From contig NC_043005.1 in NCBI RefSeq assembly GCF_006345805.1, positions 29,574,001 through 29,638,000 of the forward strand: a DNA stretch of 64,000 nt, given 5' to 3'. Source of the stretch: Octopus sinensis. Taxonomy: Eukaryota. Position numbers and translations under genes: made by a program. This document shows positions 40,191-52,164 of the stretch, piece after piece. Position 1 is the stretch's first letter; the number at the start of each line of letters is the position of its first letter. Below the pieces are notes generated by a model, which saw nothing but the letters and a program-made list of their open reading frames with translations, made no database searches and was not told where the DNA came from.

Positions 40191-41677
40191 CTACTATGAT
40201 AAAAATTGTTTCTGCTTTTAGGCTCCACATTTGAGTTACCTCTATTTCCAGGATCTGGGAGAAGTAATTCTGTTTCTATGATGCAATATGTCAGTCAATT
40301 TTTGATTTGGATTCTTCATTTAACCCCTTTTCAATAGATACAATGATTTTCCTTTTTCATTAAAGTGTGTTGTGATAAACTTTTTAAACCTTTTACAGTC
40401 TAATTTTTATTTCATTTTGGTGATCTTTCTTGTTACTTATTTATCTAAATTTTAAAAAAAACTATGCTTTAATATGAAAAGGAAAGGTTATGTATCTCAT
40501 TGAGCTTTATTTCTTTTAAAATGGTCATTGATTAAGTTCTTTCAGGTATTCAGTCTTTTAGTTTTAACTCGGATGTTCTTTAGAGTTTTGAAATGGCAAA
40601 GATGTTCCTGATTTTCTTCTATTAGAATGTTTATAGTTTATTTCTTTGAAGATTTTCATCTCCATATTTCTGTTGAAATACATGGCTTTTGTTTCAATTA
40701 ATTTTGAAATTAATTTGAAAAAAATTAGTGAAATAACTTTGTCGTTATTAAACTGTTGTTTGGAACATAAATTAATAAGGTATTTTGAGGGAAGATTTTA
40801 ATTTAGATAATTAAAAACTGGAAAATTGTACCAGAGAACAAGGGATGCACTCGGGAGGATTGATATCAAAAAGTTGAGAGCCTTTTCTAGCCTTTTTCAT
40901 AAAATCAACCCCTTTATTATTTTTATTTTCAATTTCGTAAGTTTTACTTGTCTTTTAACTTATATTTTATCAAATACTGGTTTCTATCTTTGGACTGTTG
41001 CCATGCTGGGTTTGTTGGAAAAATTCAGCCTCTAGTACTTATTGTTAAGTCTGGTCCCTATTCCATCAGTTTTTTGCCAAACTGCTAAGTTATGGTGAAG
41101 GAAGGGGTTAAATACAGACAAACAGACACACACACACTTGCACACATACACGCACAAACACACAATTGATGGGCTTCCGCACAGTTTTCATTTACCAAAT
41201 TCACTCACACAGTATTGGTTGAGCTGAGGCTATAGTAGACACTTCTTCAAAGTGCTGCACCATGGGATTGAACCAGAAAGCTTTTGGCTGCATAGTTAAG
41301 AAGCTCACTATGCTTGGGCAGGGTGAGTGATTAGGGAGTTTGTGAGAGTGAAACAGAAGAGTGGTGGTAGAGGAGAGTGGAAGGGGGAATGTCGTGAGCA
41401 GTGGACATGAGTTTGGAAGGGAGTGGCATGATAGGAATGATAGAATTGGCCGGGGGGGGGGGGGAGAAATGACAAAGCAAGTGCAGTGGGGTGGGGGTGA
41501 CAAGCATAGTGTATAAAGAGATGTAGTTTGGTTCATTGGAGGTGGGGTCAATTAATGTAATGTGCTCTTCCAGAAATCAGTTACACTGAGGTAGGCCAGT
41601 CTTTTTGAGAACCTCCATATTACTGGACATCTCAGTTCCTTGTCATCTCCTTTGTGAGGTTCAACATCTTGAGAGTA

Positions 41678-41862
41678 CAGTTCTATATTTAAGAGATGAG
41701 GAATTATGTACATTATTTATATTATTTACATTTGACGGATATTGGTCCTCATCTTTGTTGTTAACACAATGTTTCGGCTGATACACCCTCCAGCCTTCAT
41801 CAGATGTCTTGGAGAAATTTTGAACCTGGGTTCTCATTCCTAAGGTATTTTTCCAGTGTTGT

Positions 41863-41894
<32 letters not shown>

Positions 41895-41995
41895 CTATTG
41901 TTATTATTATTATTATATGCCCATGGGCATATAGCGTAGTGGTTAAGAGTGCAGGCTACTAACCCCAAGATTCTGAGTTCGATTCAAAGCAGTGA

Positions 41996-42042
<47 letters not shown>

Positions 42043-42195
42043 GTAATAATAACAGCATCGAAAAATACCTTAGGAATGAGAACCCAGGTTCAAAATTTCC
42101 CCAAGACACCTGATGAAGGCTGGAGGGTATATCAGCCGAAACGTGTTAATAACAAACAAGATGAGGATAAATAACCATCAAATGTAAATCATGTA
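41678..42195. mobile_element. Family A palindromic element: hammerhead arm (-), (TTA)n, central palindrome, tRNA-like head, (AAT)n, hammerhead arm (+)
   Basis: Arms about 41678-41860 and 42055-42195 are inverted; 20-bp palindrome TATATGCCCATGGGCATATA 41914-41933; head 41926-41997. Confidence 0.9.
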
Positions 42196-42289
42196 TCTTG
42201 AGAGTAGTCTTCACTGCTTGCAGAACTTACTTTCTCTGAGATGAGTACATTTTCTCAAGAACTTTGTATTACTGCCAGACTGCTCAGTC

Positions 42290-42480
42290 CACAGATCAAC
42301 CAAGAGATCAGTCCTCACTACTCCATCCCATGTCTTCCTGGGTCTCCCTCTAGGTCTGCTGAATATATATATATATACTTTTCTATGCATACTTTTCCTA
42401 TGCATACCTTTCCTTCTTGGGACACAAAACTCTACTTGTGAAGACCTGTTGAGGCAAGTGAAAATCGAAATCGATCAACA
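42290..42480. mobile_element. Two small RTE fragments in opposite orientation
   Basis: Minus: RPRGRPRKTWDGVVRTDL (42290-42355); plus: 3'UTR ATGCATACCTTTCCTTCTTGGGACACAAAACTC (from 42399). Confidence 0.7.
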
Positions 42481-42512
42481 TCACACACACACACACACAC
42501 ACACATACACAC

Positions 42513-42557
<45 letters not shown>

Positions 42558-43259
42558 CATACATGGGATGTCCATAAATTACAGACATCACTAAATATAT
42601 CCCCAATGGTTGTTATATTTTTTTTCATAGCATAATAGGTTAGATAGGACAATGTCTATATTACAATAACCAATAACACGTTGTGCATGTATAGTAATAT
42701 TACGATCATGAAATTAGCATTAGTTTGTCTCATACTTTCTTGCAGAACCCCTTGGAACCTTTTGCAGAACCATAGGGGCCCAGAGAACCCTGGTTGAGAA
42801 ATGCTGGGTTAGGGTGTTTAAAAGTAGTCTAAGAAAACTGTTGGCCATTTATGTTGTGTGCTTCCAATCACTCAAAGAAATATTTGATTGTACCTTGCCC
42901 CACCCTTCTCACTTCCATTCACTTCTACGCAGTTGAGGTCTTGAGAGGCCACCTGACATTTCTATGTCTTGCAGCTTCTACTGATTGTTTTTTGTTTCTC
43001 TCCTTCTCTTCTCTGCTCCCATTCTATTATAGTAATTCCCTTATCCTCTAGCATGAAACTGACCCCCCTCCCATTTCCCAGGGCATTTAGTCCAGTGAAT
43101 AGTGCAGGTTACATGAAAAAAAAACACCCAGTCCATTAGGAAGGGCATTTGGCCATAGAAACTGTTCCGAAGCAGACATTGAACCATGATGCAGTCCTTG
43201 AACACATTGGATCAAATCAAACTACCCAACCCATGCCAGCATGGAAAATGGTTATTAAA

Positions 43260-43490
43260 TGATGATGATTATGATGATGGTGGTGGCGGTGGTGGTGGTG
43301 GTGGTGGTGGTGGTAGTAGTGGTAGCAGCGGCGGTGGTGGTAGTGGTGGTGGCAGTGGTGGTGATGGTGGTGGTAGTGGTGGTGGTGGTGGTGGTGGTGG
43401 TGGTGGTGGTGGTGGTGGTGATGATGAGGATGATGATGATGATGATGGCGGTGATGATGATGGTGGTAGTGGTGGTGGTGATAATGATGA
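43260..43490. repeat. (GGT)/(GAT) trinucleotide array following an RTE-type tail (43130-43270)
   Basis: Direct reading. Confidence 0.9.
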
Positions 43491-43794
43491 CTAGTTTAAT
43501 TACAAACAGAGGTGTTTGAGTTGGAGTCAAAGTCAGCAGCACTATTATTTGAGAAGTCAGAATTTTGTGTACAGATTCCAAAGTCCTGATAATGTAATAC
43601 AACCATCCTTTCATGAAAGAGATATTCCATCTGGTAGTAACAGAGCTGGACAGTTCTTTGAACTTCCTTATTTCATTACACGCCCTCATCTTTCCTCACC
43701 ATTGAAATAATGATTCTTTAGATTTGTGAACAGGTCAGACATTTTGTAAGGAAGAAGGAGCACATTCAGTTCAAGCATCTCCAGTGTGAATATC

Positions 43795-43803
43795 TATCTA
43801 TCA

Positions 43804-43861
<58 letters not shown>

Positions 43862-43862
43862 A

Positions 43863-43945
<83 letters not shown>

Positions 43946-43987
43946 ATATATATATACACACACATATATATATACATATATACATAT

Positions 43988-44032
<45 letters not shown>

Positions 44033-44059
44033 ATCATCTATCTATCTATCTATCTATAT

Positions 44060-44090
<31 letters not shown>
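43795..44090. repeat. (TCTG)n(TCTA)n(TA)n compound microsatellite
   Basis: Direct reading. Confidence 0.95.
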
Positions 44091-44192
44091 CAAGATTGGA
44101 GCCTGGTGCAACCATCTGGTTCACCAGCCTCAGTCAAAATCGTCCAACCCATGCTAGCATGGAAAGCAGACGTTAAACGATGATGATGATGA
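44091..44192 (+). mobile_element. RTE extreme 3' end (about 100 bp) between (TA)n tracts
   Basis: CGTCCAACCCATGCTAGCATGGAAAGCAGACGTTAAACGATGATG. Confidence 0.8.
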
Positions 44193-44390
44193 TATATATA
44201 TATATATACAGATATATAAGTATATAGATATAATTATAACTAAGGATACTGAGAAAGCAGCACCTACTCACTAGAAATAGATGTCAAATGACTCTAAAAC
44301 CACATCATTTTTTTCACTCCATTAGCACAGAATGAGAGTAAGGTAAAGGAATAAAAAAAATTTGGCAAAAGTTTTTGAAGGTTAATTCTA

Positions 44391-44956
44391 CGAGGGTGAG
44401 TCAAAAAGCAATGCCATTCTGTTTAGGACAGATATAATTACCAACACAGGAACATGTACCATACATCAAAATAAAGCTGGTCCTCTGTGGATCACATCCC
44501 TACTTCTCAAGATACTCACTGTTTTTCTCAATAGCAATGTTCCACCTTCCAATGAGAGCATGTATCCCTGCCCCTTAAAATTCTGTTGACTGTTCTTTGA
44601 GCTACTTCTTCACTACGGTTTTCATTTCCTTGTCACTGGAATAATGTTTGTCTCTCAAACCCTCTTTCATGGAGCCAAAGAGATGATAGTCCAGTGATGA
44701 TGATAATCCAGTGACGAAGAAGTGAAAACTGTAGTGAAGAAGTGGCTCAAAGAACAGTCAACAGAATTTTACGGGGCAGGGATACATGCTCTCATTCGAA
44801 AGTGGAACATTGCTATTGAGAGAAACAGTGACTATCTTGAGAAGTAGGGATGTGATCCACAGAGTACCAGCTTCATTTTGCAGTATGATACATGTTCCTG
44901 TGTTGGTAATTATACCTGTCCTAAACAAAATGGCATTATATTTTGACTCACCCTCG
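44391..44956. mobile_element. Fold-back mariner derivative made of two inverted transposase 3' ends
   Basis: TA|CGAGGGTGAGTCAAAAA ... TTTTTGACTCACCCTCG; arms 44391-44639 and 44708-44956; right arm encodes SDEEVKTVVKKWLKEQSTEFYGAGIHALIRKWNIAIERNSDYLEK*. Confidence 0.9.
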
Positions 44957-45352
44957 TGGATTGAACATCAGTAGAATATACCAAAGCATATTTATGTATG
45001 TTTTGTTATATTCTACTTTTGAAGGTAAAATAATTTTTATATTGCTAAACCAGAAATTGTTTAATCTAGAATTAATCTTAGAAACATTTTGCCAAATCTT
45101 TTTTATTCATTTACCTCACTTTCAATCTGTGCTAATGGAGTGAAAAAAATAATGTAGTTTTAGAGTCTTTTGACATCTATTTCTAGCATGTAGGGGCTCT
45201 TCTTTCAACACCCTTAATTATAATTATATCTATCTAATTATATATTTGTATTCATTTTTACCTATATGAATTTTTATTACATGCTAACCACTGATAAGAT
45301 TGTTATTTTTATAATGATTTTATCGTTGCATCTATCTGTCTGTCTGTCTATG

Positions 45353-45384
<32 letters not shown>

Positions 45385-45394
45385 TATAGATATA

Positions 45395-45440
<46 letters not shown>

Positions 45441-45442
<2 letters not shown>

Positions 45443-47453
45443 GTCGTCGTCGTCGTCGTTTAACATCCGTTCTCCATGCTAGCATGGGTTGGACGGTTCG
45501 ACCGGGGTTCTGGGAAGCCAGAAGGCTGCACCAGGCTCCAGTCTAATTTGGCAATGTTTCTACAGCTGGATGCCCTTCCTAACGCCAACCACTCCGTGAG
45601 TGTAGTGGGTGCTTTTTACGTGCCACCTGCACAGGTGCCAGGCGGGGCTGGCAACGGCCACGGTCAGATTGGTGTATTTTATGTGCCACCGGCACGGAAG
45701 CCAGTCGAGGCGGTGCTGGCATCGGCCACGAGTCGGATAGTGCTTTTTACGTACCACCAGACCAGGGATCCTGGCTGGTTCAATTCGATTTCGATTTCGC
45801 TTGCCCCAACATGTCTTCACAAGCAAAGGGGGTTGGCAAGGGTGCCTGTCGTACGGTCGCATTGGAGTATTTTACGTGCCACGGCCACGAGTCGGATAGT
45901 GCTTTACGTACCACCAGACCAGGGATCCTGGCTGGTTCAATTCGATTTCGATTTCGCTTGCCCCAACATGTCTTCACAAGCAAAGGGGGTTGGCATGGGT
46001 GCCTGTCGTACGGTCGCATTGGAGTATTTTACGTGCCACGGCCCCGAGTCGGATAGTGCTTTTTACGTACCACCAGGCCAGGGATCCTGGCTGGTTCAAT
46101 TCGGTTTCGATTTCGCTTGCCCCAACATGTCTTCGCAAGCATGGGGGGTTGGGATGGGTGTCTGTCGTCGGATGAGGTTCTATATCGACTTCGCTTGCCT
46201 CAACCGGTCTTTGTGTCCAAGGGAGGAAAGGCATTCATAAGTGGGCTGGGCTCACTTGTCCTGCCTGGTCTTCTCACGTACAGAATATTTCCAAAGGTCT
46301 CGGTCTCTGGTCATTTCCTCAGTGAGGCCTAAAGTTCGAAGGTCGTGCTTCACCACCTCGTCCCAGGTTTTCCTGGGTCTACCTCTTCCACGGGTTCCCT
46401 CAACTGCTAGGGATTGGCACTTTCTCACACACCTATCTTCATCCATTCTCGCCACATGACCATACCAGCGCAATCGTCTCTCTTGCACACCACAACTGAT
46501 GCTTCTTAGGTACAACATTTCTCTCAAGGTGCTAACGCTCTGTCGAGTATGTACACTGACATTACACATCCATCGGAGCATACTGGCTTCATTCCTCACG
46601 AGCTTACGCATGTCCTCAGCAGTCACAGCCCATGTTTCGCTGCCATGTAGCATGGCTGTTCGTACACACGCATCATACAGTCTGCCTTTTACTCTGAGCG
46701 AGAGGCCTTTAGTCACCAGCAGAGGTAAGAGCTCCCTAAACTTTGCCCAGGCTATTCTTATTCTAGCAGTTACACTTTCAGCGCACCCACCCCCACTACT
46801 GACTTGGTCACCTAGATAACGGAAGCTATCAACTACTTCTAGTTTTTCCCCCTGGAAAGTGACGGAAGTTGTTTTCTGCAGATTTTCGGAGGTTAATGCT
46901 CCCGAGCATCTGCCACATACAAAAACTATCTTCCCAGTTAGCCTACCTTTGACATTGCTGCACCTCTTATGTGTCCATAGCTTACACTGGGTACATCTTA
47001 TAGAGTTTCTACCTACACCTTTTCTACAGATCGAGCAGGGCCATCTTCCTGAAGATATTTGTGGATTGTCTACCTTTCTACTTATTAGTACTTTGGTTTT
47101 AGCTAGGTTGACTCTAAGGCCCCTTGATTCTAAACCCTCCTTCCACACCTGAACTTCTCCTCCAGTTCTGATAGTGACTCAGCAATAAGAGCAAGGTCGT
47201 CAGCGTAGAGGAGCTCCCAGGGACAGCCTGTCTTGAATTCCTCCGTAATTGCCTGGAGTACTATGATAAATAGGAGGGGGCTGAGTACTGAACCCTGGTG
47301 GACCCCAACCTCTACTTTGAATTCTTCTGTGTACATGTTGCCAACCCTAACCTTACTTACGGCATCTCTGTACATGGCTTGCACAGTCCTCACCAGCCAT
47401 TCATCTATCCCTAGTTTCCTCATTGACCACCAGATAAGGGATCGGGGGACCCT
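45441..47453 (-). mobile_element. Young RTE LINE, 5'-truncated, same subfamily as 14092-16005
   Basis: Complete 3' end with (GAC)n tail and same 3'UTR repeats; possible TSD ATATATATATG. Confidence 0.95.
46252..47453 (-). pseudogene. RTE ORF2 RT fragment with a single 1-nt frameshift near 47150
   Basis: RVPRSLIWWSMRKLG...LLYADD...EEKF / WKEGLE...; rc TTCAGG versus TTCCAGG in the other copy. Confidence 0.92.
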
Positions 47454-47480
47454 AAGAGAAATATATATATGTAAATACAT

Positions 47481-47830
47481 ATGAAGTCACATAAAAGGCG
47501 AAATGCCCAGGTAGCTAATAATCTTGGACACCAATCACCTCTTATAACTTGTGTCATATGTCATAAAACTAGTAAGAAAATAACTGGACTTAAAAGGCAT
47601 ATGCCAGTTCCCCAAAACATTCCATTAGAATCAGATTCCAAAGGGCAAAGACATAGAAGAAACTTGAATAATATCTGTCACTTGTGTTTTAAACCCTGTC
47701 GTTCAGCAGCTGGTCTTAAAAGTCATCTAAGGGCTCATCAATGGAGGGATTGTGCTGTGTAATGGGGTGTGGTGTGGTGTGTGTGTTGATGGGACAGCTA
47801 TCATATGTCAAGATGAAGCAATCATCATAT
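47481..47830 (+). pseudogene. C2H2 zinc-finger ORF end plus RTE-like tail (probable LINE C-terminus)
   Basis: CVICHKTSKKITGLKRH and CHLCFKPCRSAAGLKSHLRAH; followed by ...GATGAAGCAATCATCAT. Confidence 0.65.
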
Positions 47831-47994
47831 ATGTATATTCCTTATTTGTGGAATTACAATGCTACCATTGGTTGAAATATATTGCAAATATCAAGCATTC
47901 CATCTACATCCAAATTGGAAGTGGATTACCAACATTTTAAAGAGGAATGTCTGATAATTCCAATGTATTGCTACCAATGGTGACAATGTAAATC

Positions 47995-49095
47995 CACAAA
48001 GAAGAAAGTTTTCATCCACTAAATTTGGTGCTTGTGAAAGAAGTACAGGCCATGTACAGGGGTGCTGTTAGTACAGTAAGAGTTAACCACGAGTACAGTA
48101 ACGAATTTAGTGTGAAGGTAGGTATTCACTAAAGCTTGGTCCTCATCCCCCTCCTATTCATCATTGTCCTCCAGGCCATAACAGAGGAATTTTAGACTGG
48201 AAGCCCATGGGAACTACTATATGCTGATGATCTTGCCCTCGTAGAAGAATCTAGAACAGAGTTAGAAAAGAAATTCAAGGTGTGAAAATTCCAGGTGCAG
48301 AATCTAAGGACCAGGTTAATATAGCAAATACCAAGGTCTTAGTAAGCAATGAATTGGACAAGACCACCCTTCCCCCATCAAGTAAATTGCCCTTCTCAAT
48401 ATGTAGGAAGGGTGAAGGCAGAAATTCCATTCGTTCTACCCAGTGCAAGGCTATGGACATACAAAAGGTGCAGTGGAAGATGTACAGGAGCCATAAAGAT
48501 TATAGATATGTGGGAAACTGATTTCCTCAACTGTTCTGGAGGCTCTCTGAATGTAGTAGTTAATTTCTGCCATTTAGGTAACCTAATTATCTATGGAGGA
48601 GGTTGTACAGAAAGTGTAATTGCTAGAATAAGACTGGGATGGAAACAGTTCAAAGAGCTTTTACTCCTGTTGGCAACAACATATCTCAGTCCTCTGTCAT
48701 CTCCTTCATAAGGCTCGGTGTTTTGAGTTTGGCCTTCACTACTTCGTCCCATTTCTTCCTGGGTTTCGCTCTTCCACAACTTTCCTCCAACCATATCCAC
48801 CCACCCTGTCCTCCTCCACCCACATCTAAACCAAACTTGCACAGTCTCCTCTCTGGCACACTGCATATAGTTCCTCTTTTGTTCAACTTCTCTCTCAATA
48901 CACCAATGCTCTGTCACTGAGTGAAAAGAAGATTGTATGATGCATGTGTACGAACTGCAGTGCTACATGGTAGTGAGATGTGGGCCCTGAATGCAGAGGT
49001 CATGTAAAGGCTGAAAAGGAATGAAGCTGGTATGCTTTGCTTGTTTTGTGATGTCAGTATGCTTGTGTGACAAAGAGTGAGATACATTCATAGAA
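47995..49095 (+). mobile_element. Old RTE LINE with an internal inverted segment (48679-48918)
   Basis: WELLYADDLAL, LYDACVRTAVLHGSE on +; LREKL...RAKPRKKWDEVVK on -. Confidence 0.8.
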
Positions 49096-49651
49096 AAATG
49101 ATAATTGATATATCTTATTTTTGTTTTTGCCTTGTAAGATTTTTTATATGAATTCATGTGTTGAAACAGATTTAGTTGTATTTTTGGAGGGTCATTATGC
49201 CAATGATAAACACATGCATTGGGTTTCTTTCACTTCTTTTAATACTAGTCAATTAATTAAAGTTGTGAGCTGGCAGAATTGTTAGCAGACCAGAAGAAAT
49301 GCTTAGTGGCATTTTTTCTGGTTTTCTGGTTCTCTGACTTTGTAGTTCATCCTTTCACATTCAATGAAATAAGGACTAGTCAAATACTGGAGTTCATGAT
49401 ATTGACAACCCCCTTCCCCTAAACTTGCTGGCCTTGTGCCAAAATTTGAAACAATTAGTTAACCATTTAACTGATTAACAAATTGATTGCTTGATTTATC
49501 ATTCAATCAGCCAGTCAATTAGCTAGATTCATCAGAGTCTTTTGTTGCCACTCATGACATCATCAGTGACATACCCTCCCTTCTCAGTTGATTATTTAAC
49601 TGATTAAATGCTTAACTAAGTGACTAATAATAATAAAACAAGTGATATAGA

Positions 49652-49692
<41 letters not shown>

Positions 49693-51179
49693 TGATTGGC
49701 GTAATAACCCTTCTGAGATACAACATATTTATTTATAGATATATGTTTAGATACTGACCTTACATTAATACCAGTGCTTCAAGTTCTTTTTAACTATTTT
49801 TAGGAATTAGAAATTATATTGATGATACAAAAATATTTCACAATATTTATATAAATCAAATTATAAAAAAAAAACAATAACAATAATTGAAGAGATCAAA
49901 CAATAATCAAAACAACAAGAAAAAACCCCAAAAGCATTGCCTTGAGAAGTAACATGAAGCACTTATATCTAATGGGTTTCTTTACCATATAAGGGAAGTC
50001 CAGTATTGATTTTTATAGGATGAAATAAATAGCTGGAGATAATATGATGAAAGGAATATTTTGGAAAAATATAATGACTAAGTAGAAGGAAGGGAAAGGA
50101 AGCTAGAGGGAATGAGCGGAAGAACGGTGAAGAAAGAAAGCCAGCATATCACATGACTTAACTGATAGAATTATTTAAACTACAGTTAAAGATGTTAACA
50201 ATATGCTTTAATATTTAATCAATACATCTATATTATTGATTTATATATAAAAAAAAAAAAAAACGATAAAAGAATATGCAAAAGCTATTTCTATCAATAT
50301 ACTTGTTAGAAATCAGTGAATGGCCAAAATTTATATTAATTAGAAATGATAAAAACACATTAAGAGTCAGTTCCTGTGTTGGATTTTGTTGACTTATCTT
50401 CTGTATCTATACACAGAACACACATCATTCCACACAACATATGCACTGGTTTACTTAAACAAATACCCCCACACGCTTCCATACATATACACACAGGCTC
50501 ACATAAGTTTGAGTTCTCCCACACATACATTCACACGCACTTTCCCCCATTCATACATATACACTCACACACACACACACATCATTCTTACATACATGCT
50601 TTGTGGACCACAGTCCAATGGGATCATAGTTATTATCTCCCTTACACTCAACCTCTTTCTTCCTGTCATTTCAACTTGTTAAACCATTAATCCCTAAACT
50701 TTATATATAAAATGCCTACGTGTTTTTAAATATTTATATGTTTATATGCTTGTATGTTTTTAATACTACTATTATTTCGAACTTTATATTGCTTTATTAA
50801 TGTCGAAGAAAGTACATATATACTGAATATTCTGCTGGATGATAGGTCATGTTCCTCTAGTTTTCCATTTGTATTGCCTTCATTCAAATTATATATATAT
50901 GTATATATATATGAAATGTTCAAACGATGAATAGCCTACGTGTAAACCAATTGGTTCGTTTTGTTCTCTTTATTATTATTATTATCATCTTATAATCATC
51001 TCATAATAATGACCTTTATGACTCGTATTACTACCTCAGTCAATCTAAATGTATATATTTGTCACTACCTGTCATAAATAGCCTTCTTCTATCTGCAATA
51101 TGCATTTTCGTTGATTTTTCATATTTTACCCTTACATTTCCACGTGTATTTTATATTTTCTTTTCGTAACATATTTCTA

Positions 51180-51221
<42 letters not shown>

Positions 51222-51234
51222 TATATATATAATA

Positions 51235-51280
<46 letters not shown>

Positions 51281-51614
51281 TATGTATGTATATATATTTG
51301 AAACCATAGTATATGAGAATCTGAATGGCATAATCTGTTAAAGGTATGCTTTTAATGTCTTAATTCTTTATCTGTTTCCTTGCTTACTGTTATTTTCTGT
51401 TACTTTGGTGCCTTCCGGCAGTTGAATTGGGAGTTTAATTCCTATTTCTAAACAGATTGATCTTTCTTGCATCCTTATGCTTTGTGCTAATTTTTAATTT
51501 ATAGCTATATAATGCTATTAAACCTGTGAACCTTCCATCTTACTGTTGCTAATATTATCATTAAAAATATTCACCATAGATAATATTAACAATAGTAATA
51601 TCTTATTTCGAATG

Positions 51615-51645
<31 letters not shown>

Positions 51646-51771
51646 AGTATTGGTATCCAGAAGACCCAAGGTGGCAGGTAATGCTGTGTAAGTGCAATGG
51701 AAGGACCGTTGTTAGACTCTCGGTTCGATAATAATACAAGTGAGGAGTCTAATGCGGGTCTTGTATGTGCA

Positions 51772-52164
51772 TGTGTATGTTAAATAAAATGAGACTACAA
51801 AGCCAAGGCTGTGTGGAATTTTCAAGACATTTATAAAGAGGAAGTTAACCTTACAGCTGTTTCTGGAATATTAGGAGTATCCTTTCATCAGAGACGATGT
51901 GAAATGGTTACATAGTGGGAAATAGTAGAGTTCAATGTAAGGAGTTATTTTGAAAAAGGATGGAAATAAGAAGTATACAGGGAAATAAGAGAATAAAAGT
52001 AAAAATAAAAGTGTTTCTCTCTATGTAACCTTCTTACATTGTCTCTGATGAAGGGAGACCCCTAACATTCCAGAAACGGCTGTAAGACTAACTTGCTCTT
52101 TATAAACGTCCTGAAAGTTCCACACAGCCTTGGTTTTGTTGTCTCATATAATTTAACATACACA
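51772..52164. mobile_element. Palindromic repeat family C: about 145-bp inverted arms, each with a hammerhead-like motif
   Basis: Arms 51772-51916 and 52021-52164; GTCT-CTGATGA...GAA-ACGGCTGT-A-AGAC at 52041-52088. Confidence 0.82.

Noticed and set aside
47481-47762. Host C2H2 ZNF gene
   Set aside because: No TGEKP linkers, one finger damaged, retroelement-like tail follows; kept as LINE-derived
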